Of a DNA stretch of 64,000 nt, positions 25,930 to 45,099 are shown piece after piece; positions within the stretch are counted from its first letter, which is position 1, and each line of letters opens with the position of its first letter. A program made the position numbers and the translations under genes. The stretch lies in contig JBBPEB010000015.1 of assembly GCA_039096225.1 (NCBI GenBank), forward strand, positions 186,001 through 250,000, written 5' to 3'. This stretch comes from Blastocystis sp. Blastoise (Eukaryota; Protista; Bigyra: Opalinata). The notes under the pieces were generated by a model. It saw only the letters and a list, made by a program, of their open reading frames with translations, was not told where the DNA came from and made no database searches.

Positions 25930-28900
25930 ATGACTGATAACAAACAAGAAGGTACTTACACAAAAATACATGATGGTGACAATTCTCAGCAAATGGAAAA
26001 GCATGAAGAGGAAGACCCATCATATCATGAAGACTTCAAAATTGCTGAACTTCTTAAAAATTATTCTGAAGAAGAAATTATCATAATAGAACAAAACCTT
26101 ATGAATGAAGCACTTATGTTCCTTGGAATCTATGATCCAGAGAATCCTATTCCATTTAATGATACATTATATAAGTTTTTGTATAACTATATGATTGAGA
26201 TGTTCAAAAGTATGGGAGTTCTTGAAGATTTTGAAGCTGGTACTCTGAACCCAGAAGAATGGAATATACCGCATGTATATATATTATATATATATTTTTA
26301 TCTTGTGTATTTAAAAAGAAATGCTCTAAAAAATTAAAAAAAAAGAATTTTTTAAAATTTATATATTGTTTTTCTAGGCCTCATTACCCTATGATTTCGA
26401 AACAAATAAAGTTAAAAATATTGTTTGTGAGGGTTACAGTGTTGACGCTCAAGATTATGATATAAATAAAATTCTTCAACAAGAAGAAGATTTACTGAGG
26501 GCTCAAGAACTTAATGCTCTTCAGGATGAACAAACATATAATTCAAAGAATGGTTCGGATCGAGTTTCTATGCAATCAAATACTCATTTAGATACTCAAA
26601 CTCAAATTGGTGAATCTAAAGAAACAATATCTATTAATAAGAATGTGAATAATGATAGAGAATTAGTTGCTAAAGATGATCTAAAAGCCTTAACTAATAA
26701 AAGTAATCCATCAAGTGAATCGTCAATACATAGCCCTAGTTTATCATCAAGTTTATTAAACAGTGTTTATGGGACACAAAAGCTATTGGAAAGTTCAGAT
26801 GAGATATTTAAAGCTCGGAAATACAGTATTCCAGTGAATGATTATGTTCCATTACATGTTCTTCTTAATACTGCTCATAAATCAGCAACTAGTATATCAG
26901 CAGGAACAACTTCTGCTTCAAGTGAGTTGTCCAAAGAGTCTTCTACCCAACCACATATATTATTATCTTCTTCTTCTTCTTTTGCAAGTCAAATGAGTTA
27001 TAATGAATCTATACGAAATACTATTTTAGAATTACAGAAATATCATTATAACGTTCAATTATTTAATACAGTAAAAGAAAAATATATGAAGAAAAAACAA
27101 AAAATAAAAGAGTATATAGATACTCATAATAGTGATGAATATATAACATCAAATAATCAAATCATAGGGAAATTTGATAAAATGACAAGTGAAGTGATAT
27201 TAGATCCTTCATTTGAATCGAAATTACCCAATCCATCTACTTATTGTGATCTTACTTCTTCTTTTTCCTCAAGTACAATGACGAGTTTATCATCATTACC
27301 AAGTGTATTATCTTCAGAAGTGGAAGATGATGATGAAAAGAAAGAAAAAGAATTATTCTATTATAGTCAACCTCTTGACGACGTTGTTGGATCCCCGCGG
27401 GTCGATAAAGAATCATCTAAAGTTCTTTCTTCTACGTGCTCTATCTTACAACCTTCAAGTGTTCCTCAACGTGATATTGTCGTGAAAAACATTAAAAAAC
27501 AGGGAGAAGCCATAAAAAGTACTGTTCAAAAACGAAAGAAAAAGAAGATTACTCAAAAGAAAAAGAATCCACTTATAAAAGAAGAACCGAGTAGTACAAT
27601 AGAAAGAAAAAGCGAAAGTCAATATATAAAAGAAAAAGAAAGAAAAGAATCAGAAAGAAAAGAAAAAAGTATTACCAGAAAAATCTATCGCTGCTGTAGA
27701 AAGGTATTTTTTTTTTTTTAATTTTTTATTTTATTATGTTTTTTATTTATTGTATTTATATTATATTTTTTAGTTATTATATTATATTTTTTATTTATTA
27801 TATTTATATTATGCTTTCTTTTTTTCATTACCAATAATAATACTATAATTCTTATTTGCATAATATGCCTTTTCTTTTTAGTTCACACATATTATTTTGG
27901 GATTGTTGCTTTGTCTGCTTCTATGTACTTGTGTCTTTTACTCCGTACAACCTCGTTATTTTATTGAATATAATACGTTATTAATGACACTACTGAATCG
28001 AACAGAATCTGCCTATGCGAAACAAATAGCGTTATCCGTGCAAGAAATGAATCATTATTTACTTCATAGGGTATATATATATATATTATATATTATTATA
28101 TATTATATTATGTATTATATGTAAACTAACAACTCTTACCATATCTAGTTAAAAGAAAATAATAAAAGAGAATATAATATGTATCTACAAGATATTACTA
28201 ATAATGGACTCCATGTGAATTTCGGGATCAAATATATATATAAAAAAAAACAGAATAATACATTAAATGCATCTTCAATAGAATTAATAAATAATCATGG
28301 GAATGATACTTTAATAAATGAAGACATTTGCTTGAATCTTCTCTCTACTATATATATGTATATATTTATAATACATATATATGTTATACTATTTTTATTT
28401 CTTATTACTTCTCTCTAGGAATGAAAGTAGAACTGATAATATTACTTGGTATAATAATACGCGAAATTCTAATATAACGGATGTTCAATCTATTTCCAAG
28501 TTGAATACAAATATGAATATTACTCATAATATATATTCATCATTGAATAAAACAGAAGAAAAGAATACTTCAAACACATGTACCCATAAATCTACATCAC
28601 AAGATCAAAACAATTATATTAATCAAGATAATAAGAATACTATTGCAAATGCTAATAAAACAAAGAGTATTGAGTTATTTGATGAAGTTAATAACTCGAA
28701 TAACACGATATTATCTACTATAGTCACAGAAAACGATGCATATAATTCTAAAGAGTCTCTTCTTAAGAATAAGAATAATGATACAAATGTTGATAATAAT
28801 ACAAATAATATAACTGATTGGAGTACCCACGAAATACAATTAAATGATTCGTTGGTAAACGATACTACGAAACATAATTCATCTGAATCTATTCTATCAA

Positions 28901-31138
28901 CAGAATCAAATAATGATACAAATATACCTTCAAATACAACTAGTGTGAATTCTATATTGAATAACAATATACAGAATGATACGAATATAATTAGCAATGC
29001 ACATAATAGTAACATCACAAATAGCATAATGAATAATTCTTCATCTTCTAATGATAATAATTATAATAATAAATTAAATGAAACGTCATCAATGCAATCT
29101 TCCAGTGCTCAAGATATACTAATAAATAATACATCTATATCACAACCTACTATTAATAATATTGTTAATATAACAAATAATAATACATCTGTATCACAAC
29201 CTAATAATAATAATATTGTTAATATAACAAATAATAATACATCTGTATCACAACCTAATAATAATAATATTGTTAATATAACAAATAATAATACATCTAT
29301 ATCACAACCTAATAATAATAATATTGTTAATATAACAAATAATACTACAGTTAATGTAACATATAATAATAATAAGACTACTGTTCTATCTTCTCCTGTT
29401 AATACTCCTCTTTCTATAAATAATTCTCAAAATAGTAATATATTAATAGAGAATGACACAATAATACGAACAAGAGACTATTATATTATTCGTCATATGA
29501 ATCGAATCAATAGAAATAATAAAAATACTGTGAATTCTACTGATGTCAATATACAGAATTCTCTATTATTCAATAATACATTAGATCTCACTACTATTAC
29601 TTCATGTTTCATCAATAATACTATCCTTGTTTGTCCATTTACGAATAACACTAGTATTCAAGTTCCAAAGGATAAGAAGAAGAACACTTCTATTCATGTA
29701 TTCCATCCAGAAACTAAAAAGAAATCAAGTTCAATACTTCAAATGCTTCATCCATCGTGTACATTAGAACTGAAAATATTCTATACAACTTGTCCAATGA
29801 ATGACACTATACTTTTAAAATCAGATTTATTACCTTTAAATATTCTTTCTTCTTCATCACTTCGAATGGATGAAATTAATGAGTTAAGAAAAATGCATCG
29901 AAAAGCAGTCAAAAAACTAAAACAATTAGATGATTTTATCGAAGAATCGAAGAAGATTCATGGACATGAAAAGTATTATTTGGACTATTTAAAAAGACAA
30001 GAACAAGAAAAGAAACTCTGGTTTAAAATTAAAAAATTCATCTATACAAACTATAAACGAATTGTTAAATTTCTTACTCCAAAACATATTACATTAAAAG
30101 ATCGTGATAATATGTCGAGAACAACACAATTTATTCAAGATCATGTTATTTCAAAACTGGCTTTATTTGGATCTAATTCCTATGTTGATTATTTATATAT
30201 ATCAATATTAAAAATATCTTCAGTTTTATTTAGTATATATTTATTATATTATTTCTTTTTATATATCATTTTTTTTCCTTTTATTTGTTTTTTATTGTCT
30301 TTTTCTTTTCTTCTATATATATATATATATATATATAGTACTCTGTCTTATGTTACCTACAAATATATTTCAATGGATTTATACTAAATATAAAGCATGT
30401 CTTTATCTTCTATATAATTATATATTTAATAAATATTCTTCATATTTACCTTCATCTATTCTTATTCATTGTATTCGATATATATGTACATATGAAGAAG
30501 ATCAACATACTCTTAATCATTCTGACGATGAAATAGTATTCCATGACGAATCATCTGTCGATCTACCTTTAGATATCGATGATTTGATTGAATCTCAAAT
30601 GAATGAAGAAGAACGTATTCACAATAAAAAGAAGTATTATCTATCTCTATTAAGAAAGATAATCGAAGATTTTAAAAAGAAAAAAGACTTCTTTATGAAG
30701 TGTATTAACGTTATCAACACTATCATAATACAGTTATATATATGGTTATGCTATCCATTTAGTTGTATATCAAAGATTCCTTCATTATTAGTAGCGTATA
30801 TCAAGAATCCATGGTCATTCTATAAATATTTATATATATATGCATTACAACCTTTATTACATTTTATTCTCTACACTTGTATACCTTATTTATATGTTAT
30901 TATTAAGTATATTACAATTACATTATGTAAATACGTATATATACTTATCTATTCTTCATTATTAGAAGTACATATTGATTTAGAAGATTATTTAGATCCT
31001 TCCTATATACCTAGTTCTATAGATATAGAATTAGAATTACGTGAAGAAGAAGAAGAAGAAAAAGAGATGAATTTATGTAGTCAGGATGAATATAATGGAA
31101 TTCTATTTAACTCACAGGGTATTCTTCAAGAGAATTAA
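25930..31138 (+). CDS. Large hypothetical low-complexity membrane protein (Ser-rich, TM segment, Asn/Thr-rich region, hydrophobic C-terminus)
   Basis: Long ORFs 25930-, 26570-, 27897-, 28381- and 30350- appear joinable by GT-AG introns (two junctions frame-checked). No recognisable family. Confidence 0.6.
29125..29345 (+). repeat. Coding 54-bp tandem repeat (NNNTSVSQPNNNNIVNIT) in 4 copies
   Basis: Directly visible near-perfect repeats rich in N-x-S/T sequons. Confidence 0.9.
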
Positions 31139-31374
31139 TATAAATAATTGTCTATGTAGTTGGGAACATTTACATTGTTTGTCAAATTATGTTGTTTTTT
31201 ATTTTTATTTTTTTAATTTTCCTGTTTTTTTAATTTTTTTACATTATAATAGTTTTTTTTTATTTTTATAATAGTTTTATATATAATGAAACATATATTG
31301 TTATTGATCAGTTAATTAAAGAAACTAGTTTTTTATATACAAGAAATATAATTTTATTAAATACAATAAATTCT

Positions 31375-32686
31375 TTAATGGCATATATACTGTCTCTCCA
31401 AAATACCTTCTTTTTTTATTTGTTTTTCGATCTCTCCATCAATATTCACAATATAATTATTTATAGAGAATTGATCCTTCGTAGATATTTCTAACACACG
31501 ACCTCCATGCTTAAAACTATATAGAGAATTATTATTTTATTATATTTATTATATTGATTATATTATTATATTTATTATATTTATTATTTTATTATTTTAT
31601 TATATTTTATTTTCTTAGCCATATACTGCTATTTACTAATAATAAAAAAGGAATATATATATATATATATATACTCTTCAACTTCTCCTTCAGATGCTAA
31701 TCCTGTTTTACGACCTAAAGCTAACGATATACTTTCATAATTTACAATAAAATCATTTTTATGTTCATGACCACAATAAACTGCTTTTATATCTCCCCTT
31801 TTAATCATAGCTGCAATAATACCGGTATTTAAGCGCGGGCAAGAAGCTAATTGGTCTTTATGTCCTACTGGACTATTATTCTATATCAATCATAATAAGT
31901 AATAATATAACTATATATATATATATATATACATCCCAAGCATACATAAATTCTTGAGTTGGAATATGAAAGAAAGCAATACCTATATATATATAATAAT
32001 AATAAATAATAATATTAATTATATATATATACCAGGAATAATACGATTATACTGTTTTTCTAATTCTTTACTTTTCTTATAATACCATTCAATTGTCTCT
32101 ATTTCAATACATGCCGCGCCTCCTATTCCCGCGCAACTTTTATATTGTGAATCTAAAAACCATATATTAAATATAACCTTTGTATTATTCTTATAATCAT
32201 AAACCGGAATTACATAGTTAGAAGTTCCAGAACATTCTTCAGGACCTACTTCACTTAAACTCCATGGATTCGTTTGATCAAGTTCCATAATTTCTTTACT
32301 TGTTAACTCTCCATTTGGATCGTGATTACCAAGAGTAATACCATAATATGTCTGAGTTTCATTAGCAATATTAGACCATTGTCTCCATAACTTTTCATGC
32401 CAACCTTGTGTATGATCCCAATTTTCCCCAGCAATAAGATCTCCTGTAAAAGCCATAAAATCAGGTTTTGCTACTTTCATAACCATTTGCATACATTTAT
32501 AAGTTTCATCCTCACAATTATCTTCTCCATAATGAAGATCTGTGAACTATAAACAAATATATAGAATTTGGTTTTTCATACTTGAACTATTTTGAAATCT
32601 CCATTTTCATTAACGTGTAATTTAGCTTTAGCAAGAGTCATAGAGATCCATGAAAGCAATATGAATACAAATAACTGATTATACAT
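31375..32686 (-). CDS. Secreted calcineurin-like metallophosphoesterase (Dcr2 / PAP14-29 type)
   Basis: Signal peptide. Motifs FKIVQFTDLHYGE, FTGD, GNHD, FFHIP, CGHEH and GGRVLEI. Confidence 0.9.
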
Positions 32687-32983
32687 CGTGTTTTTTACAA
32701 AAAAAAAAATAATTTTTTAAAATTTTTATGATATGAAATATTGTATCTCTTCTTGTTTGTATGATTTTTTGGTTGTTGTTATTAGAACTCTTTTATTTCA
32801 AATATATATTTAAATAGAATGTTACAAGTAAAAAACTAAAAAGAATCTAAAATAAATTGAATACTTAAACATCGAATAAAAAGAATAACATCGAACATAC
32901 AAAAATTAAAAAAAAAATAACTATAAGTTATAAATAAAATATATAAATATAATGATTATAGGAACAAAAAGAGAATTCATGAA

Positions 32984-33030
<47 letters not shown>

Positions 33031-33051
33031 AAAAATAAAATAAAAATACGT

Positions 33052-33865
33052 TTAAACAAGTCTAGATTTTTTATTGTCTTTTGATTTCATATTATTATTT
33101 TGTTTCTTTCCTTTTTGTTTCTTCATTCCATCGAATTCTACATATCGTTTCATATCTTTATTAAGTTCCTTCTTCTCTTTTGAGTTTGTTTTCTTTAATA
33201 AAGGTTTATCCTCCATAATAGGTTCAGAATCTTCTTCATCATTATTATTCTTATTATTCTTATTAGGAAGAGCTATAGAAGGACTACTAAGTTTATTAAA
33301 TTTCATAGAATTCACTGGTTTATTATTCTTCTTCTCTTTTTTCTCTTGAGTATTCATAACTTTCTTTTCTTTCTTATTTTCAAACTTCTTCTTCTTCTCT
33401 TGAACAGGTTTCTTCTCTGAAATCGATTTTTCTTGTTTTTTCTCTTGTTTCTTACCCTTCTTCTTTTCTTGTTGTTGTTGCTTCTTAGAATTCTTCTTTT
33501 CTTCTTCAATTTCCATCTTTTCTTCTTCTTTCTCTTCTTCTTCAACATCCATCTTTTCTTCTTCTTCTTCTTCTTCTGGTTCTATGACTTGTTGATCTTC
33601 TTCTTCACTTTCTGAAATATCTTCACCATTACGAACTTTACGTAAAGTTTCAATTTCCTTCTGTCTTTCTTTCTCTTCTTCTTCTTCAGTTGATTCCTTA
33701 GGAATACTATTACTATATTTTACAAACTTAGCAACAAAGAAACCATCCATATTTTGTACCTATATATATAATTTTTACTATTATTGAAAACAGAAAAAAA
33801 ATTAAAAAAAAATTAAAATTAAAATTAAAAAAAAAAAATAATAATAATAATAATAATAAAAATAA

Positions 33866-33949
<84 letters not shown>

Positions 33950-35357
33950 CATGAGGATAGAATCTTCTACATTTATTACATGAAGGATTAAAACGTAATT
34001 GTTTATATCTTGTCATACCAGGCTTACCAAAGGGAATTTCTTTAGATATATCTACTAATTTAACAAATCTCTTCTTAAGAGCGTAATTAACGACAGATTC
34101 ATTCTCCATAACAGTAATAGAACAAGTAGAATAAACCAAGATACCACCTGTCTTTGAACTATATAAAATATTCGTATATTATTATTTACTTTATTATACT
34201 AATTATTATTATTATTAAGATACAACAACAATAAAATAATAATACTAATGAATAACAATAATCTATATATATATACTTAGCATCAATACTATCAATAGCA
34301 GCAAGAATTAATTTCTTTTGGAAGCATGAATTCGCTTCAATTTCCTTAATAGTACGTGTCATCTTTACACTTTTATCTCTAGAAATAACACCCAAACCAC
34401 TACAGGGAGCATCTAAAAGAATACGATCAAATCCACCCATTACCGCGGGGAACTCTAATCCTGAATAATTACTTACTACACAATTAGTAATACCTAATCT
34501 ATATATATATATATATGATTTCATAAACTTTATAATAATATAATAATATATATATTAATAATAATAATATATATATATATACCTGTGTATATTAGCTACA
34601 GTAGCTACAAGACGATCCTTATTAATATCATTAGCAATAACTACACCTGTGTTCTTCATTAATTGACATATATAACTAGTTTTACCACCAGGGGCACTAC
34701 ACATATCCAATATACGCTCATTAGGCTATATATATATAGAATATAATAATAGAATATAATAATAGAATATAATAATAGAATATAATAATAGAATATAATA
34801 ATAGAATATAACAATAGAATATAATAATAGAATATAACAATAGAATATAATAATAGAATATAACAATAGAATATAACAATAGAATATAATAATAGAATAT
34901 AATAATAGAATATAATAATAGAATATAAAATATAATATAATAGAATAGAATATGGCTCTATATATACTTTAGGGTCTAAGGCCATAACAGGTAGAAAAGA
35001 AGCTGCACTTTGAAGCATATAATGACCTGCTAAATACTCAGGAGTAGCACCAATAGGAACAGGAGTATCATATACCTTCAAACCAACTTTAGTCCAATCA
35101 CCAAGAGGGTCCAAATTAACACCACGATTTAATAAAGCCTATATATATAGATATATATATATATATAATATACTATACTATTATGATATATTATATTATT
35201 ATATTTTATATATACTTGAGCAAGATCCTTTCGTTTAGTCTTTAGGGTATTTGTACGAATAACCACGGGACGGTCGGCTTCATTAGCCTCAAACCATTCA
35301 ATAGCTTCAGAAGGACTAAACATGTCTAAAAATAAGAAAGCCAGTTCTTCGGAATAA

Positions 35358-35406
<49 letters not shown>

Positions 35407-36340
35407 ATTATTATTATTACAAATTTAAAATAAATATTATATATAGTACAATAAAAGAGAATAACAAAATATATCTTAATAATTATGAATAAAATAGTAA
35501 ACAGTATATATCAGCAATATCATAAATAGAATAAGACTAGTAATAAATACCCATAATATTTGGCACAATCCTTAATAAGTCTTTGCATATACTCATCTCG
35601 AGTCACTTTAGGATCTCTCTTATTACGGAAATCTCCTAAAATAGCGACAACATCCTGTATACGACCCTTAAGAGCAGACACATCAGTAATGATTTCATTA
35701 TCTTTTATAGCTGTTATATCAATACTATACAGATATAATAATATTATAATATAATAATATAATAATATAATAATATAATAATATAATAATATAATAATAA
35801 TATAACAACAAATATATATTATACTTTTCATCTTGTTTAATATCATCTTTAATATTAGCTAAGGCTTCTTCATTCACTTTCTTTTCTTCTTCTTCAGCTT
35901 CTTCAGCTTCTTTTTCGAAATCATTCTAGATTTATATAGTATTATATATCTAATATAAAAAACTAATATATTTATATATATATCCTACCATTTCTTCTTC
36001 TCCATTATCTTCTTCATCATCAGATAATCCAGAATAAACAAGCTTACCCTAAATATATAAATTATAAGTATATTACAATTAATAAAACAAAAACACTTTT
36101 TAAATTATATTGATAATATACGTTTTGGAAAGAAGGCATCTTTAAAGTAGGATCATCATCAAATGTAAACCCATTTTCACCTTCTTCTTCATAAGTGAAA
36201 CCATTATTAGCATCAGAATCAGCTTCAACATCAGAAGCTTGTTCAATATCCATATTTTCTAATTGTTCTCCTTCAGATCCTGAGTGAATCTCTTCATTGT
36301 CAGAACTTACAGAAGAATTTGAACTTGATTGACCAGACAT
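33052..36340 (-). CDS. NOP2: Large-subunit rRNA cytosine-C5 methyltransferase Nop2/NSUN1
   Basis: [66 protein letters not shown] and MDGFFVAK, with acidic N-terminus and Lys-rich tail. Confidence 0.97.
34737..34950. repeat. Intronic 13-bp minisatellite (atagaatataata / atagaatataaca)
   Basis: About 15 tandem copies inside a NOP2 intron. Confidence 0.9.
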
Positions 36341-36705
36341 TATTTTAACTATTCATTATTAATATTTAAAAAAATTATGTAAACATAGATAGCAACATAC
36401 TTCGGCAATAAAAAGAAAAAGAAATTTACTGAGAGATCAATATTCTTTGATTTTATATGTCAAAAAGAATAACAAAGCCAAAATAACAAACAAACAACAG
36501 ACCTGCGACTATTTGTGGTCAATTCTCTTGATAGCAAAATAAACATGATAAACAGAATAAGTTCCCTTAGAAAAATATAAATTTTCATAATTATTACATT
36601 TAAAAAAATGAAATGACTGATTCTGTCTGAATCCATTTGAAACAAAGAAACTGTCATTGTTCATCTATCCATACATATATAGAATCGTTTCTAATAATTA
36701 AATAA

Positions 36706-37643
36706 ATGTTATACGGACCTGTCAATTGGGACCCTCTCTATATTATTCTTCAAATTTGCGCGTTACAAGTAAGATCAACATTTGTTAGTTGTTTATTTAT
36801 TATGTTCTTAGTCATGGTTTTACTTTATTTGGACTTTCATTCACTCACTTGTCTATATATTATTTAATTTCAGACAATATCTTGTTGTAAATGTCCTCTT
36901 TTCTGAAGAATTATTTATATTTATATTATCATTTGTTGGTTTTATTAAACTAACTCTAATATAATTATTATATAGTTATTTGATGATTCAGCTCAAGCTG
37001 CTTGGATTACAACAATAGAACTCATTGTCACATGCACTATAATGTATGTTTTTTATATTTTATTTTAATTTTATATTCAAAACAATTAAGTTTAATAAAT
37101 ATATATGTATATATTAATATAGGTCATACATAGTTATGTTAATTGTTGAAAGAACAAAGTTCTGCCTTGATTTCTGTTCAACCATATTTATCATTCATCT
37201 TATGTTTACAATTATTATACATGTATATGAATATTCATTTTTTTTTGTCATTTTTTATTTATGAATATATTAATAATCATTATATATATATATATTATTT
37301 CTTTAGGGACTTCCTTTATCAAAATTATGGTGGATGGTATATGTATTATCCTTTGTGTATTTCACATCTTTATGTATATATATATATATATATATTCTTT
37401 ATTATATAATAACTACTATTTATATATATATATATTTCTAATTCTTATAATTAATTATAAATCCTTATTTTTTATACTTTTTTTAAATATCTTCAAATCA
37501 TTATAAACTATTATAAACCATTATAAATCATCATACTCCGTGTAATTCTTAAAACTCTACATATATATATAGCTGAGAAACTATGTAATCAGCAAGAAAT
37601 GCAAGAAATTTCGGTTACAACACTATTAAATTATGCTGTTTAA
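36706..37643 (+). CDS. SYS1: Golgi integral membrane protein SYS1
   Basis: MLYGPVNWDPLYIILQICALQSWFY, IVERTKFCLDFCSTIFIIHL, WW motif and AEKLC.QQEMQEI. Confidence 0.92.
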
Positions 37644-38668
37644 TTTTTATTTATGTTCACTTTTATATATATTCTAATTATTCTATTATGTAAATCTATA
37701 AATCATTATATATTTCTATGGATTATCTTCGCTTTCTTTTCTTGCTTTTTCTCATTTTTTTTTGTCATCTCGAATATAAAATTCTTTTTGTCATCTCGAC
37801 TATAAAGATTATTTTTTTTGTTTATCAGGTATCTTGAAACTATTCTCTTTCACTATTGTTCGTTTCATCTATTAATTTTATTTGTTTATTATTCTTTTTT
37901 ATTCAAACTTATTTGTTGTATGTTAGTCATTTGTGTTTTTATCATTCTATTTATGATATTCATTATCAAAATATAAAACATAAAAAATAAATAGAAACAG
38001 AAAGACAAACAAAACTGATTTTTGTTTATAAATAAAAAGTCACAAATAAATAAAGAGACATATTGTTTACTGGAAGAATTCTTTATATTTATTATATACA
38101 ATACCACTCTTTAAATAGACAGGTTCCATATGATCTAATTTATAAGATCTGTTTGTTACTGTTTGACCATGACGTCTACCAGCTTGACCACGTTTTAACT
38201 ATGTAAAAGAATAAGCTAATGGATAAACTGTTCATTCGATAATTATAGAAATAAATGTGAATACAACACTTGTCATTGACATACGAGATTGTTACCAGTT
38301 AATGTTATTCGTTTTGTCACAGACTTCTTCGACTTTAATTTGTATCCAAATAATCTTATAAAATCTTGGTTAAATAGACCAACGGAAGATACAGAAGAAA
38401 TTTGAGAAATTGATACGCACTTTGATAAGCAGGAGTTGACTGAATTTGAAAATAATTTAATACAATTCATCTTCGTTTCAAATTCACTTGAATTAATACA
38501 AAATAAAGAATAGTTATCCCAATATAAAGCAAATAAAAATTTCACATTTAGAAAACAATCAATTATTTGATATATCCGTGAATATTTGAAAAATTATAGT
38601 CAGATTTTCAGATTTTCGAGACTATCATATAAAATTGTAGTTTTTCTAAATAATCTCCAATTACAAGT

Positions 38669-39694
<1,026 letters not shown>

Positions 39695-40053
39695 ATACTC
39701 ATTATATTCATATATAAACATTTTCTTTTGTTTATCAAATAATGATTTTCATCTTTTTTTATATTTATTGTTTAAATTCAGTTTGAAACATAAATTATAG
39801 GTTCTTTTTAGCATTTCACTTTACTTTTTTTGTTTGTTTTTTTTTAGAGATGTATTTTAAACTTGTTTCTATAAAGTTATTCCTATAAAAACAAAACAAT
39901 TCATAATAAAACCAATAATAGACATCAGATTCCATGAATACTGACATCAACATAAAATAATATGAATAACTAATAAGATAGATCAGTATAGTACACCAAT
40001 ATAAATATATAAATATATTATATAGATTAATAATACAAAACATATAAATAATA

Positions 40054-42975
<2,922 letters not shown>

Positions 42976-44015
42976 TGTTATCCTATATAATACAATATAA
43001 AATTAGTGACAAATGAATAATGATTATGTGTTATATCGTTGTTAAAATAGATAAGATATAAATGATTAACTGTAAGATATACTTAAGTTTATTATAGAAG
43101 ATAATATAACTTTATAAAGTTCCTTAATGTGAGACAATAAGTATTTAAAATAAAATGAAACAAAATTATAGTTTTTTTCTTATAAATCTTGTGAAAGTCT
43201 TTTTTTTTATGATTATTTTATAAAAAGAGTTGAATTCAAAATTGATGTATAACTTGAAATTTTCTTAAAATAATAATTCTACTCAACTTTGTAGAGCACA
43301 GAGACATAGTTATTTATTTAAAAACATAATAATATTTACAAATTGAAAGAAAGAATAATGGCAACAAACAGAGAAATATGTTTCATTCAATAATAAAGCG
43401 TATTCGTCTATAGTAGAATAACTTTTGAGAGGAAATAAAGGAAAAATAATCATTGATTACGTTAATTGATCACACAGAAAACTTTAAAACTATTTAATAT
43501 GTTTAAAAATGTATAATATCAAACTATATAGCATGATATCATTTAAAGTGAGTATTCAGAATAATAATAATAAAGTGATCACTTGAATAATAATAAAAAG
43601 AAAATTGTGATGTTTAAAACAATAATAACAAAAGAAAAATTAGTAAATTTTTCTGAAAAATGAAATTAAATATTGATATCAAGTTATATATGATTACTAA
43701 TATATATATACTGAGAATAAAAATAAAATATAGAGTGCTTTATATATCTTTTAGTCTATATATATAATATAGACTAATAATAATGAACGGATATATTATT
43801 GTTGGAAGAAAAAATTAAAAAAAAAATGAGTAGTTAGATTGCATAATAAGAATAGAAAAAAGAATACTATATAAATTGATATAGATACATTATATATATA
43901 TATATATATATAAGAGAGAAAGAAACATACAAACAGTAAAAATAGAAATCAGAAAGATAAGACTATAATATAAATAAATATTGACAAATAATTATAATAA
44001 ATGAAAACAAATATG

Positions 44016-44051
<36 letters not shown>

Positions 44052-45099
44052 CAGTATAACTATATGATAAATATTTTATAAAGATATATATATTATTGTA
44101 ATAAAAGAAAACGAATATAAATACATAAATAATAAAGAAGAAATGAGAAAAAAATTACATTTAAAATATACATAATTTGATTATACTTGATAATAAAATA
44201 AAAATTACAAATAAATAATAATAATAATGTAGAGAGAGAGTCTTGAGTTATAAACGATATACAGAAATATTCAATAAATAATAATTATAATACACTATTT
44301 CTTTATAATAATTCAACTAAGCATCACCATATAATATATATATATATGATAACATAAAAGAGGCTTTTAAAATAAAGAATATATGTATATATACATTATT
44401 ATAGCATTAATAAATAGAGACTAATATATATATCAAATAGAGATATGTAATTATTAGTGATTATAATATCTACATATATATAGATAATCATAAAAAAAGA
44501 CAAATAAATTGGAATTGAATATAGTTTTAATAAATAATAATAATAGGTAAATGAAAGATTAAGGATTATATATATAATTATTTATACTAATATATACAAA
44601 CAATGTTTGTTATTCTAATAAAAATAAATATATAAACATAGAGAGAGATCCAAATGAATTATTATATTGTTTTTATTTATATACATATTATAATAGCAAA
44701 AATATCCAGAATAATAATAATAATAATAATATATATATAAATATATTAACTATCTATCTCAGAAAATAATATTAGCAACAGACAGTAGACATATAAATAT
44801 ATATAATAATGACAAAAAGAAAAAAATAAAAGATAGCATAAATATGTAATAACAGATGATATGATCCATAAATACATATTATAAAAACTCATATTAGAAT
44901 AATAATAATATATATATTTATATATGTAGAATAAGGAAAAAGAAAAAATAGGTATCTATATATATATAATAAAATATATTGAGAAACCAATAGAAGGAAT
45001 ATATATGAAAAGGAAACAAAATACAAATAAAAATAAATAATAAAAAAAGAATAAGTTTTATAATTATATAGTTATAAATATTCCATGAGTTTCTCTTCT

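Noticed and set aside
34737-34950. Tandem arrays as CRISPR or telomeric repeats
   Set aside because: No unique spacers, intronic location, eukaryotic context and no telomere-like G-rich unit.
38273-38545. 90-aa minus-strand ORF (and similarly 8066-8326)
   Set aside because: Non-ATG start, no recognisable motifs and no supporting splice structure.
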